From NCBI GenBank assembly GCA_026770705.1, contig JANJGN010000007.1, positions 96,410,001 to 96,474,000 on the forward strand: DNA of 64,000 nt, in the 5' to 3' direction. How positions within the stretch are numbered: the first letter of the stretch is position 1; each line of letters opens with the position of its first letter. Shown here in pieces: positions 1-11,318 of this stretch. This DNA is from Isurus oxyrinchus. Lineage: Eukaryota. Position numbers and translations under genes: made by a program. The notes under the pieces are model-generated. The model saw nothing but the letters and a program-made list of their open reading frames with translations. It searched no databases and was not told the DNA's origin.

Positions 1-479
1 GTGATGAGCGCATGACGGATTAAATTGAACGGTGAGAAGGGTGAAGAGATGCATTTTGGAAGGAGGAATAATCAGAAGCAATATGATATAAATTGTATAA
101 TTTAATAGGGTCGTAGGAATAAGGGAGCCTGCGGATTTATATACACAAATCTTGGAAAGGACAGGACAAACAGATCAGTCGGTTTAAAAAGCATAAAGTA
201 TAAACCGTAATATAGATTGGAAATGTCATGACGTTATTTTAAATCTTTAAACGTGCAAATGATGGGCAGTGTGGACAGAGTAAATAAGAAGAATGCTCAG
301 CAACAACTGGATAAAGGAGGGATTGACGAAGGTGTCATATGCTAAAGTACAAAGGGGGTGCTGATGGTAGTGGTTGGTGCTGAAAAATGGTGCTAATAGT
401 GGCATAAAGATAAGAAAACAGAATGTGATTACAGCAGAACCACGGGTATTATTGTGTGAAAGAACAACATGGAACACGT

Positions 480-825
480 AAGAAACGGCCCTGTGGGAGA
501 GGGGCGTGTAGAGGTGGAGGTAGTGCGGAAAAAAGGATAGAAAATTGGATTAAAAAAGTGGATAACAACAACGGATAAATGAATTAAAATAAAATAAGTG
601 GAAAAAAAATAAAATGAATGTAGAAAAAAGGGGATTTAAAAAAGGGGTGAGGATGGGGGAAAGTTCATGGTCTGAAGCTGTTGAACTCATTGTTAAGTCC
701 GGAAGGCTGTACAGTGCCTAATCGGAAGATGAGGTGCTGTTCCTGCAGTTTGCGTTGGGCTTCACTGGACCATTGCAGTAGGCCAAGGACGGACATGTGG
801 ATATGAGAGGAGGGTGGTCATCCAC
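480..825 (-). mobile_element. Penelope-like element 3' fragment
   Basis: Minus strand reads EQHLIFRLGTVQPSGLNNEFNSFRP*, matching the 3' end of the Penelope-like copy at 47941-49710. Confidence 0.75.
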
Positions 826-1515
826 AGGTCAGAGTCCCACATTACATTTGAATGGACCCGTGGTCCGTGCCAATCATTAAAACACACATTCGAAGATGGA
901 GAGGACTAATTTTCTTCTGATATGTGACTCAGTTGTTAGATCTTCATTGAAACGTGTCTGTAATCGTTGCTAACCAAAAAACAAATAGGTTTGCACTGTG
1001 CTGCAATAAACCTAGAGTTTGAAATACAATATTGATGTCGAGATGCGGTAAGAAACACTTCCTCTCTTTTCGCAACATCAATATTAGAAACGCATGTAGG
1101 CCAACGGTTTTCGCTGCACCAGAAACCGCCGCACAGTTTATTTTTGTAAAAGGTCAGATTAATTCGTATTTAATGTAAGCGAGCAGCTAAACAAGAGGCT
1201 GCCGTCAAAAGGTTCATATTTCTGTTTCAGAATATACCGTGAGTACATTTTAAAAGGACATGTCTGTTAGCACTATCTGCAGACTCAGTTGTCCCCTGGG
1301 TTCACAAGATCCCCGTTGTTAAATTGTTTTTCCTTTCCATGCGTCCCAATATATTACCGATCCATAACGACCTGAAACTTCCGCACACAAAATTGAGCTT
1401 TTAATGAAAATCTGTATAAATGTGACAAGTGATCGTCGCTATAGAGCACGAACAATTTGGGGGACTTCACAAGCGAAACTTTCAGCTATGGGCCTTCATC
1501 TCCTACGGATTTTAC

Positions 1516-1567
1516 AGAGATTGCTCAGTATGATGAGAGCCGCATATTGGGCTATTTTGTTTGACAT
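1516..1567 (-). CDS. Possible leader exon of a fourth paralogue (MSNKIAQYAALIILSNL)
   Basis: Same N-x3-Q-x10-phase-1 donor spacing as the gene A leader. The donor T|gtaaaa is weak, and no V exon follows inside the window. Confidence 0.28.
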
Positions 1568-3027
1568 TATTTGGTGAAAGTCAGGAAGCAAAAGCGAGAT
1601 GAATCTCGCCGGGAGGTGACACACCAGATTGCCAACTTCCCCAATATATCCCCGAGACACATATCCCTTTTCCCCATGTAAAACCCTGTGCAAGAGAAAT
1701 TCCAGCCTCCGATTAACAGCAATTCTTCCCGATACCACTTAGAAAAATGCCCTTTTAAATTTGCTTTTTGTATCCAACCATTTAATTATGATGGTTTAAT
1801 GTTGTTATATTGCTGTGGACATGGGGCGCCTTTTTGATTACCCAGTACAGGATAATGGGGGTAATTTGGAAAGAATTGCAAGTCTGCTGCGTAAAAAAAG
1901 TCAGGGAAATATTTTTTCACCGGATATAAGGATACCAATTGTGCCAGTTCAATAATACTTTTCATATTTTTGAAAAGGAGAAGTTTCAGGAAAATGGAGA
2001 AGGAACAAGTCAGTAGAAGCAATTGGATATCCTTTGCAAAGATTCCGCATAGGCCTTTCGGGCCGAATGGACTCCGTCAATGATGCATTATTATCTAATT
2101 CTATACGAGATCAGTTATGTGTTTGGTTCTTCCCTGCGCAGAACAATACAAGCAAGCCCGAAAATCGCCTGTCCAGAGTTAATGAACGGCAGCAGTGAAC
2201 CCACACGCTCCGGCCGGAATTCCGTGTTAGCATACTCACTGTCCCCTCGGCGGAATCAGTCTAACTAAGAACAGTCCAGTGAAATAACTTGCCGCTGGCT
2301 ATGTTTATGTACTTAAATGACACTTCCGCTGTAGCGAAAACTGGTCAAGCTCTTTAGATTCTAATGGACATTGAGCATCAGAAGCTGCAATTTTCTGATA
2401 AGCTTTTTAATGCTTGTTTAGTGGTTCGACAGTTGAACCGAAATAGCAAATTCCTTCGTGGAAGTTGGAAACAAAATCGTTGGGATTGTTTAAGGTTAGG
2501 TTGGATGTTATGATGGGAGAGTAATGGCGAATGTTGATTGCTCGCCATCTGTGTGTTCTTAAAATGGCAACAAATTCATCCAGTGCACGATAACCAAACG
2601 GTACCTGTGTCCTGCACATACTGGGAAAACGCAGGTCAATAAATTAACACGGTCAGTCTATGACTTTCTTCCATGTCCCTTATTCATGGCAGCGTTAGTG
2701 GTGAAGCCAGTATTAATAGCTCGTGGCTTATTAGGATGGTTCAAAGGGAACCAGGTATGGTCGATATTGGGCACAAGGGACGGCAAGTTCAATTCCACAA
2801 AGCAGTTTAGTGAACTATTTGAATTTCAATCCAACCCTACAACTTCATGGCTACTTTATTGAAAGCAGTTTTTTCTTTAGTTATATTTTGCTTAAAAGAA
2901 GCTGATTTCAACTTTTCAAACTGTCATTGTGGGATGTGAACTCGTGCTCTGCGAAGTCAGTTGGCTAATTAGTTTAGTTAGAGATCATTTATGGGCACAG
3001 AGTTATGGGAAAATGTCACAACATGCG

Positions 3028-3388
3028 GGAGATGGTGGCACAGTGGTAATGCTAGAAATCTAGAGAACTATGCTAATGCCGTGGGGGCACGAGTTCAAAT
3101 CCGGCAATGGAAGCTGCTGGGGTTTAAATTCAATTAATAAATCTGGAATTAGAAGTTAGTTTCAGTAATTGTGATCATCGGTTGTCGTGAAGACCCATTT
3201 GATTCACTAATGTCCTTTAGAGAAAGGAATCTGCCATCCTATTGGGCCGGGCCTAGATATGTCTCCAGACCCACAGCAACATGTGGTTGACTCTGAAATG
3301 TTCACTTCAACGGAAATTCTGGGGGGGCTACAAATGCAGAAAAGCTTTACCAGCGACACCAGATCCCATAAAGGAACAACAGTAAAAA
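3028..3388 (+). mobile_element. tRNA-headed SINE
   Basis: A-box-like TGGCACAGTGG, B-box GAGTTCAAATCC and a 3' tail shared with local LINE ends. Other copies at 4533-4872 (-) and 17146-17403 (+). Confidence 0.7.
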
Positions 3389-4532
3389 ACGCCTGCTGTA
3401 CTTTTCACTAGTTTGCTCCATAATCCCCAGATGTCTTGTAATTCGGCTGCATCTGACCGACTAACACACATGTTGCTGCTCAAGTGCTGCTATCTCTGCA
3501 CTATTGTTGTATGACTTATTGAATTGCCAATTAGAATAATAAATATCTACAATAATTCTCAGATAAATTTACATTTGAAAATATATTGGTATGAATATTG
3601 ACAGTCAGCGCTGAATTGATTTTTTGTTATGTCCTGCATTCCTGGCTCAAATTCGAAAGTTGCAGGTCATTACTTGAGAAAAAACACTTAGGGGTAGATA
3701 CACTATAAAATGAAGCATGATCTTGATATTCCATTTTCAGGAATTGTTCGGTGTCTGACCTGTATTTGACAATAGGGGTGAACTGTTCAGCTACCTTGCA
3801 AGCAGCAGGAGTCCGATTGGAAAATCGTGGGACCATTTCCCAGAACTCTGTTTTCATCGTCCTGAATGGACGGAAAACGGCAGAGAGTGAAAGTTCCTGC
3901 TGAGTGACCCCGACTGCACCCGTGCCTCAGGGAGTGGGAAAGTTCCTCTCCATTTCTCCAACATTAGAATGATCCGAATATACCGCTGCAGCTGTGTTGT
4001 GACCAAAATCATGATTGAAACATTGTTTGCTGCAGTTGTAAAATTAAACTGCGGGGTGACTTTAACATGGTAAATCCTTGGGTAAAGTGTTAAATTCGCC
4101 AGTGTCCCCTGGACTTTGAACGCTTTGGGGTAGATACAATCAGCTACATTTTTCTCTAAATGTAACTGCAAGACAAGCTCGCTTCCTGATTCTGTTATTG
4201 TTTTGCTTCGTCCACATGGTATAGTTAAGCACCTTTATTTATATTTAAGAAACGTCGCTACCCACCGATGAGAACCAATTCCCGAAAGACTGACCCGTTC
4301 CCTACAGATGAACGATCCGATATGTGAGGGAAGGAGCTCAGGATCAAATAAAATCCATTGATAAACATGAGGCAGTGCTTTGTACAATTCAAGAAGATTA
4401 CGTCCTGAAAGATCGGAAACAGTTTAAACAACTATTGCCATTTTATTATTACACTTTAGGTAGAGATTTATGAAACAGAATAAAAAGTGCTGAACTATAT
4501 TTAATATTTTAGTTTTTTCCAACTTGATTCTT

Positions 4533-4872
4533 TCATGGGATGTGGGCGTCCCTGGTAAGGCCAGCATTCCTTGTCCATCCCGAAATGCTGCCACGTCATC
4601 TCAGCAGCTGTTAAGAGTCAATCACATTGCTGTGGGTCTGGAGTCACGTGTAGGACAGATCAGGTAAGGATGGCAGATTTCCTTCCCTAAAGGACATTAG
4701 TGAACAACATGGGTTTTTTACGGCATTTGACTTATGAGACTAGATTTCAATTCCAGATTCACGAATTAAATTTAAATTCCAGCAGCTGCCAAGGTGGGAT
4801 TTGAACCCTTGTCCCCAGAGTATTAGCCTGGGCCTCTGGATCACTAGTCCAGTGACATAACTGCGGCAACGG
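4533..4872 (-). mobile_element. tRNA-headed SINE (same family)
   Basis: Reverse complement of the 3028-3388 family, including GGGTTCAAATCCC and the cccacatcccatgaa tail. Confidence 0.7.
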
Positions 4873-7800
4873 CAGGCTGATGGCTGTATTATATAAATAT
4901 ACTGACACATATATGGCCCAGTATTCAGTATTTGGAATTCTATGAAACCATTTAAATCAGGCACCTCCTTACTTATTCTCTGGTTGCATCTGGAGTTGAT
5001 TAATGAGTGGAACCATAGAAACCTTGATCCCTAGAATTTGTTGAATATCAGATCGCATCTATCGGCGTTCTCCTACCAGTTTGTGTGGTGCAATGTGTAT
5101 TTAACAGCCCGCAAAGCCTTGCAGCCTCTACCACAATGGACATTGAATGGTACCTGGATAAGTGAAAGATATGTTTCCAGGCCTTAGGCACATCTGTAGT
5201 CCCCATGGAATACTCAGAGAGATGGTTGTTTTATGGCTCTGATCTCTTTATTGGGATCCACAATATCTACAGGTTTTGGAACATGAACGCTTCTCTGATA
5301 AATTACTTTGCGGTGTTGACATCCTCAAGATGAAAGATGAGGCCAAACTGGGGGATAGCCCCAATCTTGAAAAGCATGGGGGTGAATTGTAAAACTATAG
5401 CAACCTGCTGCCATATTCGGTTTTTTAATCTGCAGTTTCTGAAATATTTTATTGTGCGCCTGATGTTGTAATAAACAGTCGTCATACCAAAAAATGATAA
5501 CAAACCCTGTTTGGCAACGAAGTTATTAAATATTTATTTTCAAATTTGTTGCACAATTTAAGCTAGTAGCTCTAAACCATTTATGCCTAAGTGCTGGATT
5601 CATAATTTGACGGCTACTTTTATTTTTAAAATATTGCGAACGAATGTATTCTGTACACGGTGTGTGACAATATGGTGAGTACCTTTAGGAGAGACAGCTT
5701 CCACATTCCATTGCCGAAAACTCATGGAGAATTCTTTCTCCTCAAAGCGAAATACGTTAAGGGATAACCAAAAGTTTACCTATCTCCAGGCTTTGACTAG
5801 ATTTACTCTGTTAGTTCAATTTTTAAGAATAATTATTCACAATATCTCTACACATAAGAATGAGAATATTCTTCAGCTCGTCATTATTAAACCAAAAGAT
5901 TAAAGTATAATGTTACAAAACTATTGAACATGAACTAATTATTTGTCAGATTTAAGAAGTCCAGCTGTCAGGACTATACGCTGTTTAAAAAAATGCAAGT
6001 AGTTTCGTCTTACAGCTGAGTAAAATAGATTTTAAACGATCACATTTTGTAATGTGAGCTCTCCATCATGTGTAAAATTCCATTAAAAGTGGGTGACTTT
6101 GGGATATATATTCTGCTGCTCCAATTACAAGAACATAATAGTGAGAGGGCCTGAAGCTGCTATAACATCCGGGACGCCACACATGTAGACTGGACACCCA
6201 ACCTGCTTCCCAGCTGAAACCGGCTTTGCGAATCGGAAATACATTATAAAAACTGCTCGACTGTTTAAACCAGGTTTAGTATATTTGCTACACGACATTG
6301 TATTTTTTTTTTGGTTTAGGGTGGACGATCTGTTTCTGTTCTGATTCACGATCGGATGGAGCCGTTTCCTTTAATGCTTATCGGCGAAACTTATTTTTTC
6401 CGAACTGGTCAGTGGCATCTCACCGGAAGGCGGGTTTGCATCTGCGCCTCTCTGCAGGGGCCAAAATACAAAATAGGGATTTGCTTATGTTGTCACATTA
6501 TTGGAACGGACTCCCAGTTCAGTTATTCAGGACCGACAGGAACATCGCCAGTCGGTGGTAAATGATTTTCGGGTCATTTAACTTAAGCAAAAGGAATTGA
6601 AAAGGTTCCTGTGACCTATGATTTGACGAATCCTGAAACCCAAAGGCATTACCTCCTTCAGTCGCGCCGGAAATTTAGAGATAGACATAGGCCTACCGCA
6701 CACTGGACAAGATTTACAGCACATGATAGTTGCAGGGAAAACTCGAAGCGATTGCATCGTTTAAAGAGTTTAACACAAGCAAATGTGATGTTTTAAAGTT
6801 AGTGATGTAACAATTATACAATAAGCAGACTGCTAAGGAGCTAATAAAATTCAGCTAATATATCCCAGAACCCCCAATACAAGACGCCGTGCGAAAGTTT
6901 AAACTGGAATTTGGGGATCACATTTAGGGTATGACATTTATTTTTCCACACTAAAACTGAGAAAAGAATTATAGTGCAAGCAGGAAGGAAAAGAGCAAGG
7001 CTAATCCCAAATGTGTAAGAAAAAGCGAGTTCGGAAGTTGTTTAAGGCGCCGAATCTTCCCAAACCACACTGAATGTGGTTCAAAATTCTCAAAACGTAT
7101 GCAAAGCTTTAAATGATTTAGATGGCGGCTTATTTTTCCAATCTTTACCAAGGAACAAACGACGTACATGGAAAAGAAATCGGGAACAGATATAAGGAAA
7201 ATATTTCCTCGTTTGGGAGAATTCTCTAGATGGGGCATCGAAGGCAAACTCTCGGAATAAGGCCGGACATTTTCCTGCGCGGAACTGATTGAATCGCTCT
7301 CGATATCTGACTAAATTGTGATCAATTATATAAGCCTAATGTGTGTTCTTACCGAGTTACTCTTTACATTGAAACATTTAATCCATGCGTAATGAGAGGA
7401 CAAAACTGGGGGATTTTGTGCAAAGTACACAATTATGCTCATTAATAGCAGGAAACGAATTATTTGGGTTCAGAGGTATGCACGTCGCCAATCTATCTGC
7501 GATAGTCATACATCCGAATCCAACAGTGCAGGAATAGTAATGACAATTCTTACTCAAGTTTACATAGAAATGTATAGAAGTTACAGCATTGAAACCGACC
7601 ACGTGGCCTCATGGGCCTATGTTGGCGTTTATGTTGCAGTGAGTCTCCTCCCAATTCTGTTTACTTCCCCCATGCCTCAACTTGTTGCATTCTGCGAACA
7701 AACTGCGCTGGTAGGAGCGTGAGCTGAGTTCAATACTAACAGAATGCACATCTGGAACCGCCCAATTACCTAAACAAACTCGCCTCTTCACCAGCTCCTG

Positions 7801-7932
7801 AGAATTGCGATATTTTCGTCAGAGCACAGAAGGTTATTTGGTGATTTGTAATGTTTAAAAATTGGAATGATGGGACAGTGCCGATGCACATAATTGCGGC
7901 GATAGTTTAAAACGGGCGGCATAAGATTGGCT

Positions 7933-8020
7933 CTGCAGAAGAGTCATACGGACTCGAAGCGTTAACTCCGTTTCTCTCTCCACTGCTGAGTTTTTCCAGC
8001 ATTTTCTGTTCTCATATTAT
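7933..8020 (+). mobile_element. Short Penelope-terminus insertion with hammerhead-like motif
   Basis: ctgcagaagagtcatacggactcgaagcgttaact, flanked by ataagattggct / ataggattggct (imperfect 12-bp TSD). Confidence 0.6.
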
Positions 8021-8561
8021 ATAGGATTGGCTGCCCGTTCTGCACCTAGCCCCATTTTGGCTTCTAATAGAGGAAAATTGAGCCGGTTTCTAAGCCTGAG
8101 CCAACTTTGTCAATTGTTCACATTTGTCAAAAATTAAAATTGCTCCACACCCTTCCTCATTATTGAAGAACGAGTCTATACAACTATAAAATTAAGTGTA
8201 AAGGAGACGGGAAACCGTTTTCAGGTAGAGAGTTGTGAAGTCTGGCTATCTTCCAAACATTTCCTTCTCTTCTAATGTATCTAGTATTTCAATTTCTATT
8301 GAGTCAGGAAGACACTATGAAAGCTATTAAATTGATCATATCAACATTTGAAATAGGTTGCAAAAGTGGTAGAAGGAAAGGAAGATAAATGTACAAGGCA
8401 GGCACGTGGAATCAGGATACTGCTGGCTTCCAGAATAAGCACCATCGTGGCTTTTAGGCTGATTTTGCACTGCAGTTTCTATCTACCTATTTGTAATTTG
8501 AACAAATTGTTTACTTAACTCTATTTTAAACTATTTTTAAACTAATTAAGGCATTTGTTAC

Positions 8562-8674
8562 CTTCATTTTCTTGAATTGGCATCGTTTCCAAATAATGAG
8601 GGTCACCATTAAAAAGACCAGTCCATCCCATGCACATCTGAAAATCAGTAAGTAATGGGAGATGCTTTCAGGAT
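8562..8674 (-). pseudogene. Gene C: transmembrane exon (DPESISHYLLIFRCAWDGLVFLMVTLIIWKRCQFKKMK)
   Basis: attttag| and AAG|gtaaca. Aligns with the gene A TM (LLI...KRCxxKK). At 113 nt it is one short of frame-preserving. Confidence 0.78.
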
Positions 8675-8752
8675 CTAAAATATTAATGCAAAACATGTAG
8701 ATATGAATGCTATGACCAAATTGTTACCCAAACGCAGCCGTAAGCAATGGGA

Positions 8753-9008
8753 TAAAAGCAAAAGACTGTGTATTCTGGAAATCTGAAATAAAAACAGATA
8801 CTGCTGGAAAAACTCAGCAGATCTCCACTCAGCATCTGTGGAGAGAGAAACAGAGTTAACTTTTTGAGTCCGAATGACTTTCCTTCAGAGCTCAAGAAGA
8901 AGAGAAATCGTCCGAAGAAGAGTCATATTGGACCGGAAACGTTAACTCGGTTTGTCTCCCCACAATTGCTGCCAGACTTGCTGAGTTTTTCCAGGATTTT
9001 ACGCTGTT
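8753..9008. mobile_element. Inverted pair of Penelope-like termini
   Basis: Left arm ctggaaaaactcagca...gagttaac is complementary to right arm gttaactc...tgctgagtttttccag. Confidence 0.7.
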
Positions 9009-9579
9009 ATGTAAGTAATGGACTCTTGTATGAAAAAAAATATTCTCAGCAAGTATGTGGTCTGAAACAGCAGCATCATTTCAATCAATCATTGCTACTT
9101 CATCTTTTTATTCACGGGAGTATAGTTTTAAGAGAAAATATATTTTCTGAGACCTCAACTGAATCTGCTTTCCTGTTGGTAATAAGATTTTGATTGTAAG
9201 TGGCAATGTAGAATTTTTAATATTGTGCAGTTTCTAACTGGTAAATTTGCAATTTGCAGCAGATTTTGAGCACTGATTGTGGGGTGCGGTTAACGGAGAT
9301 TTTGCCCCAAAGAGTCAGTCGGGAATTATTTCCCAAGGAGTCAGCTGCGCGCTTGACCCGTGACTCCAGAATTCCTGGAGGAGTCGCACGATGAGACAGT
9401 AATTGTGCAGCTTTTGGGAAGGATTTCGCCTTTATTAAAAGCGAGCAAACGTAACTCGAAGTCCTACACTTTCACGCAGTTAAAATCTGCTGAACGAGTC
9501 ATACATGAAAAGCAGAAATTGCCTAACCGGGAGAGTCGTAGCAACTTTAATCTGTAATAACTGAGATCTCCAACCTTAC

Positions 9580-9885
9580 CTGTGTTGGTGACAACATGAG
9601 TGGCTACGGTTGAAATTTGGAGCGCACTGTTAGAGACCGGACAGGTATAAACAGTTGGGGTCCGGACAGGCTGCATATCTTGCAACCGGCTAAAAGCTTC
9701 ATAAAGTCCATTGGTGTTGAGTTTAATGACGGTACTTATCCCTGTTATAGTTTTTTTGCCATATTTATGCTAAGTGAAGCTGATATTCTCCGGGTAAAAA
9801 GGGGATGTCACACACAGAACCGTCAGATGTGCAGATGAATCCTTTTCAAATTGCTGAGAGTTGATTTTCAGTGGAGTTGGAGGAG
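9580..9885 (-). pseudogene. Gene C: C1 exon with nonsense codon
   Basis: 306 nt with intact splice sites. About 34 substitutions plus a 6-nt gap versus gene A C1 by hand count. The invariant Trp TGG is TAG (9772-9770), and YTCLVSH has become YTCPVSN. Confidence 0.92.
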
Positions 9886-9904
9886 CTAGACAAATAAAGA
9901 ATAG

Positions 9905-10670
9905 AAAAACATCTACTTTTCACCACGACCGGAGGTCTCAAAGCATTTTACAGGCAATAAAGTATAGTTGAAGCGCAGACACTGTTGTATTAAAGAAGAT
10001 TTGGCAGCCAATCTGTGAACAGCAAACTTCCACAAACAGCAATATGATCGTGACCGCGTAATCTGTGTTTTGTGTTTTCGAAGACAATTGGACTTGTAAG
10101 ATAAGGAGGTTAAAAACAAAACAAAACTGCGGATGCTGGAAATCCAAAACAAAAACAGAATTACCTGGAAAAACTCAGCAGGTCTGGCAGCATCGGCGGA
10201 GAAGAAAAGAGTTGACGTTTCGAGTCCTCATGACCCTTCGACAGAACTTCAAGGAGGTTGTTTTGCAGGGTTGTGGGAGAAAGGCTGCTGTGGCGGTTAA
10301 AAGCGACTGCACAGGAAGTGGCAGCCAATCTGTGAAGAGGAAACTTCCACAAACAGCAATATGATCGTGACCAGATAATCTGTGTTTTCTGATGCTGTTT
10401 AACGGATAAAGGTTGGCCAGGACACCAGGGATTACTCCCCTGCTCCTCTTCAGAATAGTGCCATGGGATCTTTCACATCTACCTGAGAGCAGAAAGGGCC
10501 TAGGCTTAATGTTTCATCCGGGGAACCGCACATCCGGCAGTGCAGGACTCCTGGAATATTGCACTTGAGTGATAGCCTTGATATTTGTGCTCAAGTCCTG
10601 GAGTGGGATTTGAACAAAGAGCCCTGTGCCTCAGAAGAGGCGAGTTTGCTACCAACGCAGCTACAGTTAA
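9905..10670 (-). mobile_element. Deu-domain SINE (SacSINE1/AmnSINE1-like), rearranged
   Basis: Deu core (GGTGTCCTGGCCAA...CAGATTATCTGGTCA...TTGCTGTTTGTGG...ATTGGCTGCC) on the minus strand. Same intronic position as 60320-60780 in gene A. Confidence 0.7.
10112..10250 (-). mobile_element. Short Penelope-terminus insertion with 9-bp TSD
   Basis: TSD aaggaggtt at 10103-10111 and 10251-10259. Nearly identical to the reverse complement of 34840-34940. Confidence 0.8.
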
Positions 10671-11207
10671 TAACCATTGATCAGGATTGCCAGCCAAACG
10701 TATTCCAGTCCATACCTGGCCCCATGGCCGGGGGTAGGGCGGCTGGGGGCATTGAGTTCAGTCTTTGTTATCAGTACTCACATCCTAAACGAAATTTTGC
10801 CGTTAACCGTAACCAATGCAGATAAATGAAACTGTCAAACAGGATGACATTCATTTGCAGATCCGCGCCCGTATCTAATCTACTCGAAAAATGCGCGTTC
10901 TTAACGAATGCTGCAATTTTAACTTCAATAGTCTGTTGCATACAAATTTCGCGTGCATTTTGAAATAAAACAACTAACAGATAATGCTGTAAACAGATAA
11001 ACAGATTAATATTGCTGAAGTATTGAAATATAAATCAGCATGTAACATGTAGCAGTCACAAGTGCAGTTTGAATGCATTAATGCATTGCTATGTACTAGT
11101 CGTAGAATTTAATTTACATTTTGAATCCATTAAAGCACAATCGAGAAATGTTTAGGTGTGAAATATTACAATCACAGTGACCTCATTAGCCTTTTTCTTC
11201 TACTTAC

Positions 11208-11318
11208 CCCACACTGATAAATTGGACCCCGTTCCGTTTCCAACCGTTTTGCCTCGATGGGCGACAGTACAATAGTATATTCCTACATCCTGCAAACTCA
11301 CATTGATTACCTGAAGAT
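11208..11318 (-). pseudogene. Gene C: 3' part of VJ-type V exon ([36 protein letters not shown])
   Basis: Close copy of the 3' third of the gene A V exon with intact donor GGG|gtaagt. Homology stops at about 11318, and no first Cys, WW motif or leader was found upstream. Confidence 0.88.

Noticed and set aside
6969-7247. Hydrophobic ORF as gene C TM exon
   Set aside because: No phase-compatible donor. 8562-8674 aligns clearly with the gene A TM.
9617-9838. Plus-strand ORFs 9617..9838 and 60032..60304 that resemble each other
   Set aside because: They are antisense shadows of the duplicated C1 exons.
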